Shown here: piece by piece, positions 1 to 15,593 of the stretch
Layout of the letters: every line of letters begins with the position of its first letter
Position numbering within the stretch: the first letter of the stretch is position 1
Source of the DNA: the human T2T-CHM13v2.0 reference genome, Homo sapiens
Reading direction: 5' to 3' (one strand)
DNA: 64,000 bases
Assembly: GCF_009914755.1 (NCBI RefSeq)
Contig: NC_060938.1
Program-made: the position numbers and the translations under genes
The notes under the pieces: generated by a model
The model's input: only the letters and a program-made list of their open reading frames with translations
What the model was told of the DNA's origin: nothing
Databases searched by the model: none

Positions 1-1708
1 ACCCCAGGGAGTTTGGCAGACAAAGGAATGGCTTCTCAGGGGGAAGAAGAACAAAGGGACATTCCTCCCTGGCCAAAAAGTTGGTTAAAAAAGGATAAGC
101 TGTCTGAGAGAAAGGTTGAGGAGGTGGAAATTTCTATTCCAAGGGTGTGATTCTGCCTTGGCCAAGACTCCCAACCCATTAAATGGTACAAATTCTTCCT
201 GGACCCCGAGTATGGCCAGGAATAATAAAACGAAACTAACTTCTACTCACATCCTAAAATGGACACAGGGCTCCCTCATCTCCCCACGGGCAGGCCGAGG
301 AATGAAGAAAGAAAGGTCGTTCTCAAGCCAGACCCCGATTGTCCTGTCTTGGGGAAAAAAGCGGGGAGGTGGGGGAGACGTCCTGACCACCCTAATAGGT
401 TAGGTCAGGCGCTTCCCAGTGGCCTTCAAAAAATAAATAAATAAACCGCCCCTACCATTGAAGTAGGAGACGTGTCAGGGCAGCCACTGGGGGACGGACA
501 GAAAAGAGAGAAAAGAGAGAAGCTGTGGAAGCTGAGTGTTTTCTGTGGAGGAGTTAATGAGAGTCACTCCTGGGAGAAATCCTTCCCAAGGATCCCCACC
601 CCACCACAATCAGAGCATGAGTCTTTCAGTTGAACTGTGTTTCTCCTTGAGAGAGCACGGATGGAGGGACCCCAGAAGGGGTGGTGGTGCTGGTGGTGGT
701 CATGGCCTCTGGGGCCCTGGCGAGAGCACCGCGGGGGTCGAGAGGCCAGCCACGCCGATGGAAGGGATGTGCACCTGGGCGCCGCCACTGGACGGAAGCT
801 GGCAGGAGAGCTTGGCCGGGCTGCGGGGCGCAGCGGGACTCAGGCTGCTCCGGAAGTGAACGCTGGGAGGCAGCGAGCTGGGTGTCAGCAGCGCCGGGGT
901 CAACGTGTGCGTAGGAAGCAGGGACAGGGTCAGCGCCGGCCTCGGCGCCTGGAGGCCGGAGCCAGTTCCCGATCCTGGGGTCCGTTCGGGTCCCGGCGCA
1001 CCTAGCAGGCTCGGGCTGAGTGGAAGCTCTAGGTCCCGGGGCTTCCGGCCCTTCTGCGGCTGGGAGATCTGAGGGCTGGAAGCCGCGTGGCCGCCCGCCT
1101 GCCCTGCGGTGTCCATAAGGACCTCGGCAGCCACGCTGGCACGCCCTCCTGTGGAGGGACTTCAGGCTCGGCCTTGGCGGTTTCTGGCACGAACCCTCTC
1201 TCCCCCGCGAATTCCAGCTCTTCCTCGGGCCCTTCCACTTCCACTTCCGGGGGCAAAGGGCGGCGCAAGCCCGGCTCCACATTCGGCTCTTCCAATTTCA
1301 GGTTTGGGGCCTCGGGCGGGGTCAGGATGACCTGCAGAGGGAAGCCGGCTTCCTCAGCCTCCAGGCAGGCCTCCCAGGGGCTTGGACTGCAGGAGCTGCG
1401 TTGGGGAGCACCGCTGCAGGCCGAGGCTGAGGGGGTGGCTGCGGCTGCAGAGACTGGATGGTGAAGGTGGAACAGAGGCCCGAGCGCATGTACTTGTTCC
1501 GGCTGTTGCGCGCCAAACCGCCAGGGCCTGCCATTCCTGCACCCTTGGGTGTGCCTGGCTTTCCTGAGGCAGTGCCCCCTGGGGCGGCATGTGCAGCAGC
1601 AGGGGCCACAACTGCCATGGTGAAGTAACCGACACCTCTGGGTGGGGCGGGCAGTCCTCACTCAGTGGAGCACCCTGCGACCTCAGGATAGGACACAAAC
1701 TTGTAGAC
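1..1708 (-). pseudogene. ELK2AP: ELK1 processed pseudogene, 5'-truncated, with frameshifts and 3'UTR
   Basis: Minus-strand frames give intronless ELK1 peptides: VYKFVSYPE (end of ETS domain, 1681-1708), SRNKYMRSGLCSTFTIQSL (B-box), KGRKPRDLELPLSPSLL (D-domain), and the C-terminus LSPGPQRP* (stop 700-702). They are split over three frames. Symbol assigned from position next to the alpha-1 3'RR. Confidence 0.9.
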
Positions 1709-3593
<1,885 letters not shown>

Positions 3594-4597
3594 TGTAGGG
3601 AAAAGAAAGAGAGATCAAACTGTTACTGTGTCTATGTAGAAAAGGAACACATAAGAAACTCCATTTTGACCTGTACCCTGAACAACTGCTTTGCCCTGAG
3701 GTGTTAATCTGTAACTCTGCCCCAGCCACTTTGCCCCAACCTGGAGCTCACAGAAACCTGTGCTGTATGGAATCAAGGTTTCAGGGATCTAGGGCTGTGC
3801 AGGACGTGCCTTGTTAACAAAGTGTTCACAGGCAGTATGCTTGGTAAAAGTCATCGCCATTCTCCAGTCTCGATGAACCAGGGGCACAATACACTGCGGA
3901 AAGCCGCAGGGACCTCTGCCCTGGAAAGCCGGGTATTGTCCACGGTTTCTCCCCATGTGACAGTCTGAAATATGGCCTCGTGGGATGAGAAAGACCTAAC
4001 CGTCCCCCAGCCCGACACCCGTGAAGGGTCTGTGCTGAGGTGGATTGGTAAAAGAGGAAGGCCTCTTGCAGTTGAGATAGAGGAAGGCCTCTGTCTCCTG
4101 CCTGCCCCTGGGAACGGAATGTCTCGGTATAAAACCCGATTGTACATTTATTCTATTCTGAGATAGGAGAAAAACCACCCTGTGGTGGGAGACGAGACAT
4201 GCTGGCAGCAATGCTGCCTTGTTATTCTTTACTCCACTGAAATGTTTGGGTGGAGAGAAACATAAATCTGTCCTATGTGCATGTCCAGGCATAGTACCTT
4301 CCCTTGAACTTATTTGTGACACAGATTCCTTTGCTCACGTTTTCTTGCTGACCTTCTCCCCACTGTCACCCTGTTCTCCTGCCGCATTCCTCTTGCTGAG
4401 ATAGTGAAAATAGTAATTAATAAATACTGAGGGAACTCAGAGGCCGGTGCCGGTGCAGGTCCTCTGTATGCTGAGCGCCGGTTTCCTGGGCCCACTGTGC
4501 TTTCTCTATACTTTGTCTCTGTGTCTTATTTCTTTTCTCAGTCTCTCGTCCTACCTGACGAGAAATACCCACAGGTGTGGAGGGGCTGGCCCCTTCA
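3594..4597 (+). mobile_element. HML-2 3' LTR (LTR5A/LTR5B-like), ~1.0 kb
   Basis: Begins TGTAGGGAAAAGAAAGAGAGATCA right after the PPT, has AATAAA at ~4419, and ends GGGGCTGGCCCCTTCA. Confidence 0.9.
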
Positions 4598-5226
4598 GAA
4601 TTCTTCTAGTTTTCTCTAATATCAGGCAACAACTCTGCAAACTAATTTTTCCCTCACCCTCTGACTTGGAATCAGTCAAATTTAAAACTGCCCTTTTCCT
4701 GAAGCCCTGTGAGCTGAAATGGGACAAGTTGATGTAAACTTCAGAGAAATCATCCCCACAGATCCTGTGCGGGCAGCTTCTGCAACACCTGACCTGCAAA
4801 TCAGGAAGGCCCTTCAGCTGCCTACCTGGCTGCAGCTGAAGATGCTTCAGGCCCAGTGTCTAGAAATCTTCTGGCCTGGTGCCCACTGGGCTCAGAAACT
4901 GCATTTCTAAGTGTTAACCTTTGTGTTTCATTTATTTTCAGAGTCTCTCCTCTTCGAATGTCCAACTGCTAGCACCATGCGGCGAAATGTCCTCTTCTAT
5001 CCAGTCCCAACAGAAAATCCAGCTGGTTCTTAATGAACGAAAGGCCACCCAACAAGAAAATGGACTTATATTGTTGGAGGGAAACGAGAATGTCTCCTCT
5101 TTCCTTAAACAGTGTGGACTGACAAAGATTCTCTGCTTGGCTAAACTGCAGTCGGGCTCTGGAAACTTCTCCTAGGCCGGCCTGCACTTCCTTGTAAGAA
5201 AAAGGCTTTAAAAAGTACCCGGTGGG

Positions 5227-5545
<319 letters not shown>

Positions 5546-5549
5546 GAAC

Positions 5550-5899
5550 CCCCCTAAATCAGGTTAAAGACCCACTCTTGACATTTGATCACCCTTGATC
5601 CTGAGTTCCTCATCTTCCACCATCTCCCAGGTCTGATCACCCTGGTCTGTCTTCAGCAAAAATCTTCCTGGGCTAATTTAGCCAGAACCCTCCTTCCCCC
5701 CAATATTTCCTCTTGGGAATGTCCGTCCTCCGAGTTTACCCAGCTCCCTGGCTGTCAATCCCCGCCAGCCCATGCTGTGTTAAGAACTGAGCCCCATCTC
5801 TCTCCCGCATGGCCGTGGTCCCTGCTCCTGCGGCGGTGGTCCTGAATCACACCTGCCTCCGCGTTGAACAACTATCATGGAATAATTTTTTCTTTAACA
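5550..5899 (+). mobile_element. Probable ERV1-class LTR fragment (MER-type)
   Basis: TGATCACCCTGG / TTCAGCAAAAATC motifs and a TTTTTCTTTAACA terminus typical of MER34/39-like LTRs; family not determined. Confidence 0.4.
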
Positions 5900-6100
5900 T
5901 TTCTAAACACACTCTTAGGAGGCGCCAGCAGCCAGCGTGCGGAGTTAAGTGCCTGTGCCCTTTGTATGAAAGTGTCACCGTTGTCCTGGTCTTGAGGGGT
6001 GGCTTTCGGGTGTAAACGGCCGGCAGAGGTGAGTAGATGCTGGGAGGCTGCTCCAGGCGTCTTGTTTGCTCCAGGGTTCTTGAGACTCTCCTGTCTATGA

Positions 6101-6515
<415 letters not shown>

Positions 6516-6972
6516 TAAAGTCTCTTTGCCTCTGGTGTTGGCAGCTCCATCGGCAAGCGTCAAGGTGTGGACGTGGAGTTTGCTTTTATTTATCCTGCTT
6601 GGGACTTGGCCTTGATCCTGACGCGTCCTGTTATTCAGCGATTTTGGAAAATTCCCAGCCACTGCCTCCCCCGACTCTGTTTCTCCTTTGGGCAGAAGAA
6701 GCCCTTGTGGGAGCCTCCGTCCAGCCTCCGCGGGGCTGCGCTTGGGCTGGGTGGCGTCTCCTGCTCTTTCTTCGGTGTTACCAGCTCCCGCTCCTGCGTG
6801 TCCTCTGCGCTGCCTGTCCCATCCATTCTTATTTTAGCCTCATCTATTACGGTTTTCAATTCTAGAAGTTCTTCGTAAAACTCTCAGGTCATTTCAAAAT
6901 GCAATGTGCAGTAATTTCCCATTTTGCAGTAATATTTGAATAGCTTCTGTAAGTAAGTTTAAAAAATCTCTT

Positions 6973-7339
<367 letters not shown>

Positions 7340-8536
7340 TTATTCTATAGTTTCTTGTTTCACTGATTCTTGTTTCTGCTTCTTTAGGGCTTTTCTGATT
7401 TGTATGTGAGCTGGGTTCCTGGGATCCTGATCTGGGCGCGTCTTTGAGGCTTGCCTCTGAGGTCCGCTGTCCCCGCATGAGCGGACGGCAGAGCGCGCCT
7501 GCCTGGGAGCCCAGGAGGCTGCCGGGCCAGGGACCCCGGGAACCCCGGGAACCTCTCAGCAGCAGAACTGCAGTGGCACAAGACGGCCACCAGGGGGTCC
7601 CGAGCCGGTCTCTGGGGTCCCTGCTGGGGTTGAGGGGCTGTGGCTGCAGACGCGGACCTGGCAGGGGGACCCGAACCCCAACAGGGCCCTGACCGGCCCC
7701 AAGGCTGAGCCTGCCCTGTCCCACCAGCGCCCAGACCCCGATGTTGGGCCGGGGCCTTCCTTTCCTTGTCCCGGCCCTCTGAGGTTCGTCCCCGGGGTGT
7801 GAGCTGATTCTGAGCACACGGAGGCCTTCCTCCTCTCTGGGGCTCTGGAGCCCCTGGGGGCCTGCAGGGCCTGGGCCTGGGCCTGGCTGCTGTCCTCTGT
7901 GCTCAGGAGGCTTCTCCCACCCACCCACTTCCGGGCACAGCCCCCAGCCCCACACCCAGCCGCCGGGAGGGCATCCCCAGGGGAGGACCCTCTGCTCCGG
8001 AGCCGCGTCCCTTGTCCTCCAGGGACAGTGGCCGGAGGCTGGTGCCTCAAGCTCGTGCGCCTCATGCAGCATCCCGTGGGTCCATTCGCGACCATAGTGA
8101 AGACCCGCAGGCCCCAGGCCCGAGCCGGCTCCCGGGCAGGCCGCGTTCTGGGGCTTCCGCGGGGACACTGGGCCACGCCAGGAGGAAGGGTCCTGGCCAG
8201 GGTCAGGGAGCATCGGATGCTGCCGGCAGAAGTGGGGGGCGCGGGGCCCCACCGAGGAGCCCAGGCCAGCTTCCCCATCCGCCCCAGGTGCAGCCCTGCG
8301 AGGCCCCCAGGCCACAGCGTCCCCAGGTCACAGCGTCCCCACACCCAGGGAATGCAGGACTTTGGCAGAGGCTGGGATCCCAGACCACAGAGCCCCACAA
8401 GCTGATGCCTGTTCGCGGATGCCACAGCCACCTCCGCGGCAGGCGCTGGGGAGGGGAGGGGATCACAGTGCTGGACACGGACCGGGCCCCAGCCCTGAGC
8501 CCAAGGCAGAGCCGGGATCCGGCCCCGAGAGCACGC

Positions 8537-8614
8537 CTGGCCCTGGCCCTGGCCCTGGCCCTGGCCCTGCCCCTGCCCCTGCCCCTGCCCCTGCCCCTGC
8601 CCCTGCCCCTGCCC
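8537..8614. repeat. Hexamer microsatellite (GGCCCT)n grading into (GCCCCT)n
   Basis: About 13 hexamer units read directly, within a CpG-rich block. Confidence 0.9.
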
Positions 8615-11451
8615 CGAGCCGGGTCCGGGAAGCGCCGCGTGGTCGGCGGCGTGCGATGCTGCTGTCGGCCACACGGGGGCAGCAGAGCCTCAGCGGCTGC
8701 CGCAGCGGGTCCAGTTTCCGGCCGCCGGGGTTGGGCTGGCGGTGCCTGGGGGTCCTCCCCAGAGGCCCGCGTGTGAAACGTCCGAGTGCGCTGGGCGCTG
8801 GACACGGAGATGGGTGCTTGGGCCACGGGCCTGGGGGACCCCACACGGCCGGCTAGGCAGGCCCAGACAGCCCAGGGTGGGGGTTCCATGGGGGCAGGAG
8901 GGGAGAAGCCTGGGCTGTGGAGCAGCTGGGACGTCCGGGGAAGGGCCTGGGGCTCAGAGGGGCGGTTCCCGGGACAGGGAGGCACGTGGAGGGGCGGGGT
9001 TTGTGGCAGCCCCGGAGCCGCCTCTGAAGCTTCCATCTGCAGCCTCCTGTGGGGCCGGGTCTGCTTCTCTTGCTGGGCACCCACATCCACCCCCGAGGGG
9101 TGTGCGACAACCCCCATTCCAGCCCACTCAGATGGTCTCTAGCCCCTCCCGTCACAGTGAACCCCGGTGTCGGTGCGAGACGCCTCCGTGTATTCCCGGA
9201 CGTCCCTCTGCAGGCCCATCCCCACCTCACAGACAGTCACACCCTTCCAGGCCTTGCCCCATCCCCAGTCCCTGGCCTCACCATCGCATTGCAGGGAGGC
9301 GGGCATATGCAACCTCCATGAAATAAAGCCCTAACGGAAAAGGCCAGAGTGGGAACTTCGTTTCCACCAGCAGGTGGGGCAGACACCCTGGCTAGCCCCG
9401 GGGAAAACCAGTAAAAATACTGGATTTAAATCCCTTCGAATTCTCCTTTCTACAGGCAAGCTGTTTAGTGAGAAAGAAAGGGCCCTGCAAAGATCCTCCC
9501 CAGGTGGACGGGCAGCCCCCAAGCCTGTCTTGAGCTCCCGGACGCTGCTCCTGGGGAAGGGCCTGCCGAGGACAGGGGCCAGTGGGAGCCCCTGCCTGAC
9601 CACAGGCTGTTCTGCAGCCCAGGTCAGGAGCGCTGGTGCCTGCCGTGTGGGGTGGCCCTGGTCCTGACCGCCTGGGGTCCCAGGTGGTCCCGGGTTGTAA
9701 GAGTCTGTGGTGCTTGTGAAAAGCTTGCACATCCTTCCAGGGGAGACTCGCGCGTGGGGCGAGGGCAGGAGCAGGAGCTCATAATTACACAGGAAAACAG
9801 GAAGCCCTGAACCCCGGGCTCGGGAAGCGGCGGGGCGTCAGGTTTGGAGGGGCTTCGTCTCCCACCACCTCCCCATTTGCACCCCCAGTCCCTGACCCGC
9901 ATCTTTCCTCACCTGGTCACTGTCCCCCACCCTGTCCCCCACCCTGTCCCCTGTCTGCCATCTCCCTCCCAGGAGGGGGCTGCTCCTGCCTAGCACGCGG
10001 TGCCCTTCCTCCCACGTCGCTTAATTATATTTGAAAATACAACATTTGAAACGTGCAAAGAATGGAGGGGCTTTTCTGTGAGTGCAGGGTGCCCCTCCCG
10101 TGTCCCCCCACCAGGGGGCTTCCCCGTCCAGCCCCGGCTTGTCCCTTTCATTTTAACAAAACGTCGTCACCACAGTGCATGTGTGTTTTATAAAAGCAGT
10201 ATTGGAAGTTAATGCTTTTAATACAGAAGAAAAAAAAAACCCGAAACAATATAACTGTCCTAAGTGATGTTGAGTGGGGAGTGCCGGGTGGGAGTTGAAT
10301 TGCGGGACCACGATCCCTCCACTTCCAGCCGGTCCTGGGGGTGTCATGTGGCCCCTTCTGACCAGCCCTGGGCAACTTCTGGATGGACGGGTGGGGAGGG
10401 GCCGTGGAGGGGATCTGGGACCAGGAGAGAGAGAGCGTGGCCAGGCAGCCCCAGGAGGGCCCTCCAGAGCCCGAGTGGGCCTGCGTCTGTGGTCCCCAGG
10501 TGCGGTCCCTCGAGGTGGCGTGTGGGCCCCCCAGGCCCGCGCCCTGCGGTTCCAGCGCCTCCCCAAGCCTCTGTCCCTGCAGCCCCCACCCCCCCTGCAC
10601 TTTCCTCTCCTTTGTCTGTGCTGGTGGTCCCTCTCTCACTGTCCCGCACAACACCGCACCGCCCTCCCCCAGGAAAGCCTCCACCTTTTCTCTTAGTGAA
10701 ATAGAAGCCCTTTCAAGGTGACATGTCACCTACTCACAGAACAGTGCCCCAACCCAGGACGCAGCCTGAGGCCCCTCAGGAGCATTGTGTGCCCCCAGGC
10801 CTGTCCCCAGTGGTCCCCACCGTGGGCCCACCACAGCTCCTGCTGTCAAGGGCAGCCTGGGTCTGAGCCCCGTCCCCCTGTGCAGGGCACGGGTCTGGGG
10901 GCTGGCTTGTCCCCTGCTGGGCGGTGGGCGGCCTGGGGTGTCTCCCAGACACGCTGCCTGCGGCCGGCTGGTGTGGACTGGGCCTGGTGGGCCAGGAGCT
11001 GCCCTCACTATGGCAACAGGATCAGGCTGCCAGGCTCCTGTGGGGGCTCAGCAGGAGGGGATGGGAGACGGCAATGCTCACGCCTGACCTGCTGCCCTTG
11101 GGGGAGCCGTGGTGCCACCTGGCCGGCCTGCCTGAGAGACCCCCACGGCTGGTGTGGGAGCCTGGGGGAGCCCTGGGCAGGTGGTGGGGCAGTGGGCAGA
11201 GGTGGCTGCAGAGGGACAGGGCCTGGCCAGGACGTCACCCTGAGGCCACTGGAGAGGTCAGCAGGGGCCCAAGGAGATGCAGGGATTGGCAGCTGGGGAG
11301 CACAGGGGTACCCCTGAGCCGTGGTACCCAAAGGTCATGAGCTGAGAGGGGAAAGGCCCAGAGCCGCTGGATGGTGGATTCTGGGCACCTGATCCGCAGG
11401 GCGTGGTGGCCCTCTGAGGGACCCCTCTGACAGACTGCAGGCAAGCTGTCA

Positions 11452-12520
11452 AGGGTGTGTATGTGTGAGGGTGTGTGAGAGTGTGTGGGTGTGTGAGAGT
11501 GAGGGTGTAAGGGTGTGTGTGAGAGAGTGTGTGAGGGTATGTGTGGAGTGTGTGACGGTGTGTGAGGGTGTGTGGGTGTGTGAGGGTGTGAGGGTGTGTG
11601 AAGTTTTCAGACTGTGAGGGTGTGAGGGTGTGTGAGAGTGTGTGAGTGAGGGTGTGAGAGTGGGGGGGGGTGAGAGTGTGGGGGTGTGAGGGAGTGTGAG
11701 GGTGTGAGGGTGTGTGTGGATGTGTGGGATGTGTGGGGTGTGTGTGCATGTGTGTGGATGTGAGGGTGTGTGTGGATGTGTGGGGTGTGGGGTGTGTGTG
11801 GATGTGTGGGAGTGTGAGGATGTGTGAGGGTGTGTTTGGTGTGTGGGGTGTGTGTGGATGTGTGGGGATGTGAGGATGTGTGGGGTGTGTGGGGTGTGGG
11901 GTGTGTGTGGATGTGTGGGGATGTGAGGGTGTGTGTGCACGTGTGGGGTGTGGGGTGTGTGTGGATGTGTGAAGGTGTGAGAGTGTGAGGGTGTGTGGAT
12001 GTGTGGGGTGTGTGAGGGTGTGTGAGGGAGTGGGTGTGTGGTGTGTGAGGGTGTGTGTATGTGTGTGAGGATGTGTGAGGATGTGTGTGGATGTGTGTGG
12101 ATGTGGGGTGTGGGGATGTGTGGGAGTGTGAGGATATGTGAGGGTGTGGGGATGTGAGGGTGTGTGTGGATGTGTGGGGTGTGTGTGGATGTGTGGGGAT
12201 GTGAGGGTGTGTGTGGATGTGTGGGAGTGTGAGGATGTGTGAGGGTGTGAGGGTGTGTGTGGGGTGTGGGGTGTGTGTGGATGTGTGGGGGTGTGTGGGG
12301 ATGTGAGGGTGTGTGTGGATGTGTGGGGGTGTGTGGGGTGTGGGGTGTGTGAGGGTGTGTGGGGATGTGAGGGTGTGTGTGGATGTGTGGGGTGTGTGGG
12401 GTGTGTGTGGATGTGTGGGGTGTTTGAGGATGTGTGTGGATGTGTGGGAGTGTGAGGATCTGTGAGGGTGTGTGGGGATGTGAGGGTGTGAGGGCTTGTG
12501 GGGATGTGTGGTGTGTGTGA
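11452..12520. repeat. GT-rich degenerate simple repeat (GTGTGG/GATGTG/GAGGGT)
   Basis: About 1.1 kb almost devoid of C on the + strand. Confidence 0.9.
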
Positions 12521-13074
12521 GCGGCTGTGTGCACTGGCCGAGTTGCCTGCTGCTGTCCTGGCCTGGGGCCAGGCGTGTGCCAGCTCCTGTGTTTGTTGTG
12601 TGCCTGGCGTGTGCTGGGTGCCCGAGTCGGGCTGGGTGTGTCTGGGTGTGGCCCTGGGGTGTCCCTTTCTGGACGTGTGTCTCCGTGCAGAACGGAGGTC
12701 CTCGAGTTCCCAGAAGGAAGCCCCCAGCCCCAGGCGGGTGCCTGAGAATAGACCTGGGGCCTGTGGGCGTGGCAGGGCTGCCCCTCGGCTCCTCATGGAC
12801 CCCCCGGACACCAGTCCCACCCTGTGTCTGTGATGCTCCCTCTCTGAGCCTTCCCTGACCCCATGTGCCAAAGCCTGGCCCAGCAATGCCACGTGTGCAT
12901 GTGTGAGCGTGAGCTTGGCAGCGGGTGGGAGAATGTGTGCGTCAGTGTGTGAGCGTGATCACGGCCTGTGCTTGTCTGGCTGTGGGACTGGGGGCCTCTG
13001 TGACGCTGTGAGCCCTTGTGGACCTGAGTGTGGGCCGTGTGAGCTGTGTGCACGTGGCTGTGGCTGAGTGTGAG

Positions 13075-13780
13075 CCTCTGAGTGTGTGTGTCTGTGCCGT
13101 GTACCTCTGTGTGTCTGTATGTGTCTGTGTGTGCCTCTGACTTTATGTGTGTCTGTATCTATCTCTGTGTGTGTCTCTGCGTGTGGTAGCGTGTCTGTGC
13201 TTGTGTACCTGTGTCTGCGTGTGTCTCTGTCTCTGTGTGTGCCTATGCGTGTCTGTGTGTGGTAGTGTGTCTGTGCTTGTGTTTCTGTGTCTGTGTGTCT
13301 CTGACTCTGTGTGTGCCTATGTGTGTCTGTGTGTCTCTGTGTGTGTGGTAGTGTGTCTGTGCTTGTGTTTCTGTGTCTGTGTGTGTCTCTGTCTCTGTAT
13401 ATGTGTCTATGTGTCTGTGTGTCTGTATGTGTGTGGTAGTGTGTCTGTGCTTGTGTGTCTGTGTGTTTGTGTGTGTCTCTGTCTTTGTATGTGTGTCCGT
13501 GTGTGTGTGTGTGAGGTATATCTGTGTTTGTGTGTCTCTGTGTCTGTGTGTGTCTCTGTCTCTGTGTGTGTCTATGTGTATCTGTGTGTCGTGTGTGTGT
13601 GGTATGTGTGCTTGTGTTTCTGTGTGTTTGTGTGTGTCTGTCTCTGTATGTGTGTCTAGGTGTCTGTGTGTGTGTTAGTGTGTCTGTGTGTATTGTGTGT
13701 CTTTATGTCTCTAAGTCTGTCTATGTGTCTGTGTCTCTGTGTGTTTGTGTGTTCTGTGTGTCTCTGTGGGGTGTGCATGA
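13075..13780. repeat. (TG)n/(TCTG)n low-complexity tract
   Basis: Directly visible. Confidence 0.9.
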
Positions 13781-14559
13781 CTATATTTGTGGGAGGCTGT
13801 ATGTGCAGGAAGGGCCCCCTGAGCATTGTCACCCGGGCTGCACCCTGGGGGGCTTCCCAGGGATCCTTTCCTCAAACTTGAGTCCTCCCTGGAGGGCTTA
13901 GGTTCCACTGAGGGGGTGGGCGCGGGCACAGACCCCTCCTCTAGGAGGCTGGGGTGGGGCTGTCCTGCCTGGCTGGGACACGGGTCAGAATGTCCCCCCA
14001 TGTGGTCCACCCTGTTCTAGGCACAGGGTGTCATCTCCCAGGGTCTCAGCTGCTGGGGTGATGGGCCCCGGACAGCCCCTGGGTGTGGGGTGGGGTCCTA
14101 TGGAGGCCTCTGTGGCTCACTGAAGATGCAGGGCTGGGGTTGGGCAGGTCTGTTCTGGGGTGGTCTCGTGGGGCAACCCCAGAGGGTCCTGAGGCCGGGG
14201 TAGGGTTGGGCGACCTCACCCAGGGTCTACAGGCTGAAGGTGCCTGGGTTGGCCAGGCCTGGGCACAGGGGAGGACAGAGGTTTGGTGACAGGTGGGCTG
14301 TGAGGGGCCCAGCAGGTGCACGGAGGAGGCTCTGTCCCCAGGTGACCCACAAAGTCCTCTTCCGAGGGTGCTGGGGGTCCTGTTCCTGGGGGCCATGCCT
14401 GGGACCTCCATGCAGGGGCCTCCTCCCTGGCCCAGCTCCCCTGGGGCAAGGTCCGACTTGTTACCCCCTCCACCAGGCAGTCCTCTGGGAAGTGCCCTGG
14501 GGCCTGGTCACTCTGGGCCTGGCCACAGCATTGGCCTGGACATGGGGTGTGGCTGGGGA

Positions 14560-14760
14560 GTGTGAATAGTCAGGAATCCTGCAAACCAGCTGCCTGGGTG
14601 CCAGCCTTCCCCCCACCTCCCCCAATGCAAATCGCCATCTCGGAGGTGGGTGGGGGTTTCCACACCACTGTCCCACCTGCTCTGTGGTTCCCATTTTCAG
14701 CATTTTTAGAAATATTTGCAAGAATGTGTTTGTGCCTGTGTGGTGGGGTGGGGGTGGGAG
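14560..14760. promoter_or_regulatory. 3'RR enhancer HS4 (alpha-1 copy)
   Basis: Octamer ATGCAAAT at 14625-14632 and NF-kB site GGGGGTTTCC at 14652-14661; most distal element in the known HS3-HS1.2-HS4 order. Boundaries approximate. Confidence 0.75.
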
Positions 14761-15593
14761 CTGCGGCCCGGTGCCCATGAGGTCTTGTTTTTCAGACTGG
14801 ACGGGGGTGGGGGAGGGGGAGCTGCGGCCCCCCCACCTGCTAGTGTGTCCAGCCTCCTGAGTGGGGCAGCGAGCGTCCTGGCTGGGCCCCAGGGCATGAC
14901 CCCCGATGAGTGTGAGGCGCTGAGGCCGAGTCTGGTCCTTGGCGAGGAGGCCCAGAAGGCCCAGGTGCCCGTCCTGAGCGTTATCCAGGGCCCTGCCTCA
15001 GGCCTCATGCCGGGGCCAAGCCCAGGGCTGGCTGGTGGCCACGCAGAGGTGAGAGGGGCGGGGAAGTGAGGCTGGGTTGGAGGAAAGCTGAGGGGCCCAG
15101 GCCTCCCACTCCAGCCCCCGAGGCAGACCCTGGCCCACCCAGGGACCCCCTCCCATGCACACAAGCACACACAACACGTATATGGGCATGCGTGTGCACA
15201 CACACTCGCTGCAGCCCGCAGCACTGGCTGGCCCAGGTGTCCTCGGGACGTGGTCCACGCGGTGCTGACACGAGCTGGCCCTGAGCGCGGGCTCTGCGGG
15301 GTGCCATTCCCAGGCCCTGCAGGGGCACATGCGGTGTCGTGGGGCAGCAACTGTGACCTCTGCCCCGCAGACCCGGACATGCCGCCAGAGAGGCCAAGGC
15401 GTACGCTCTCCGAGCCTTCCCTGACCCCATGTGCCAAAGCCTGGCCCAGCAACGCCATGTGTGCACGTGTGTGAGCTTGGCAACAGGTGGGAGAATGTGT
15501 GTGTTAGTGCATGAGTGTGAGCATGAGCGTGTGAGATGCAAGCGTGTGTGCAGTGAGTGGTGGATGAGCTGGAGGTGTGCGGTTGTGCGTGAT

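Noticed and set aside
7380-7440. Sharp GC transition as the boundary of the gamma-epsilon-alpha duplication
   Set aside because: An ELK1 pseudogene is known beside both alpha blocks, implying the duplicated unit extends past this point.
10140-10270. AT-rich island with ATTAAA on the minus strand resembling a transcript 3' end
   Set aside because: No linked exon can be supported from sequence alone.
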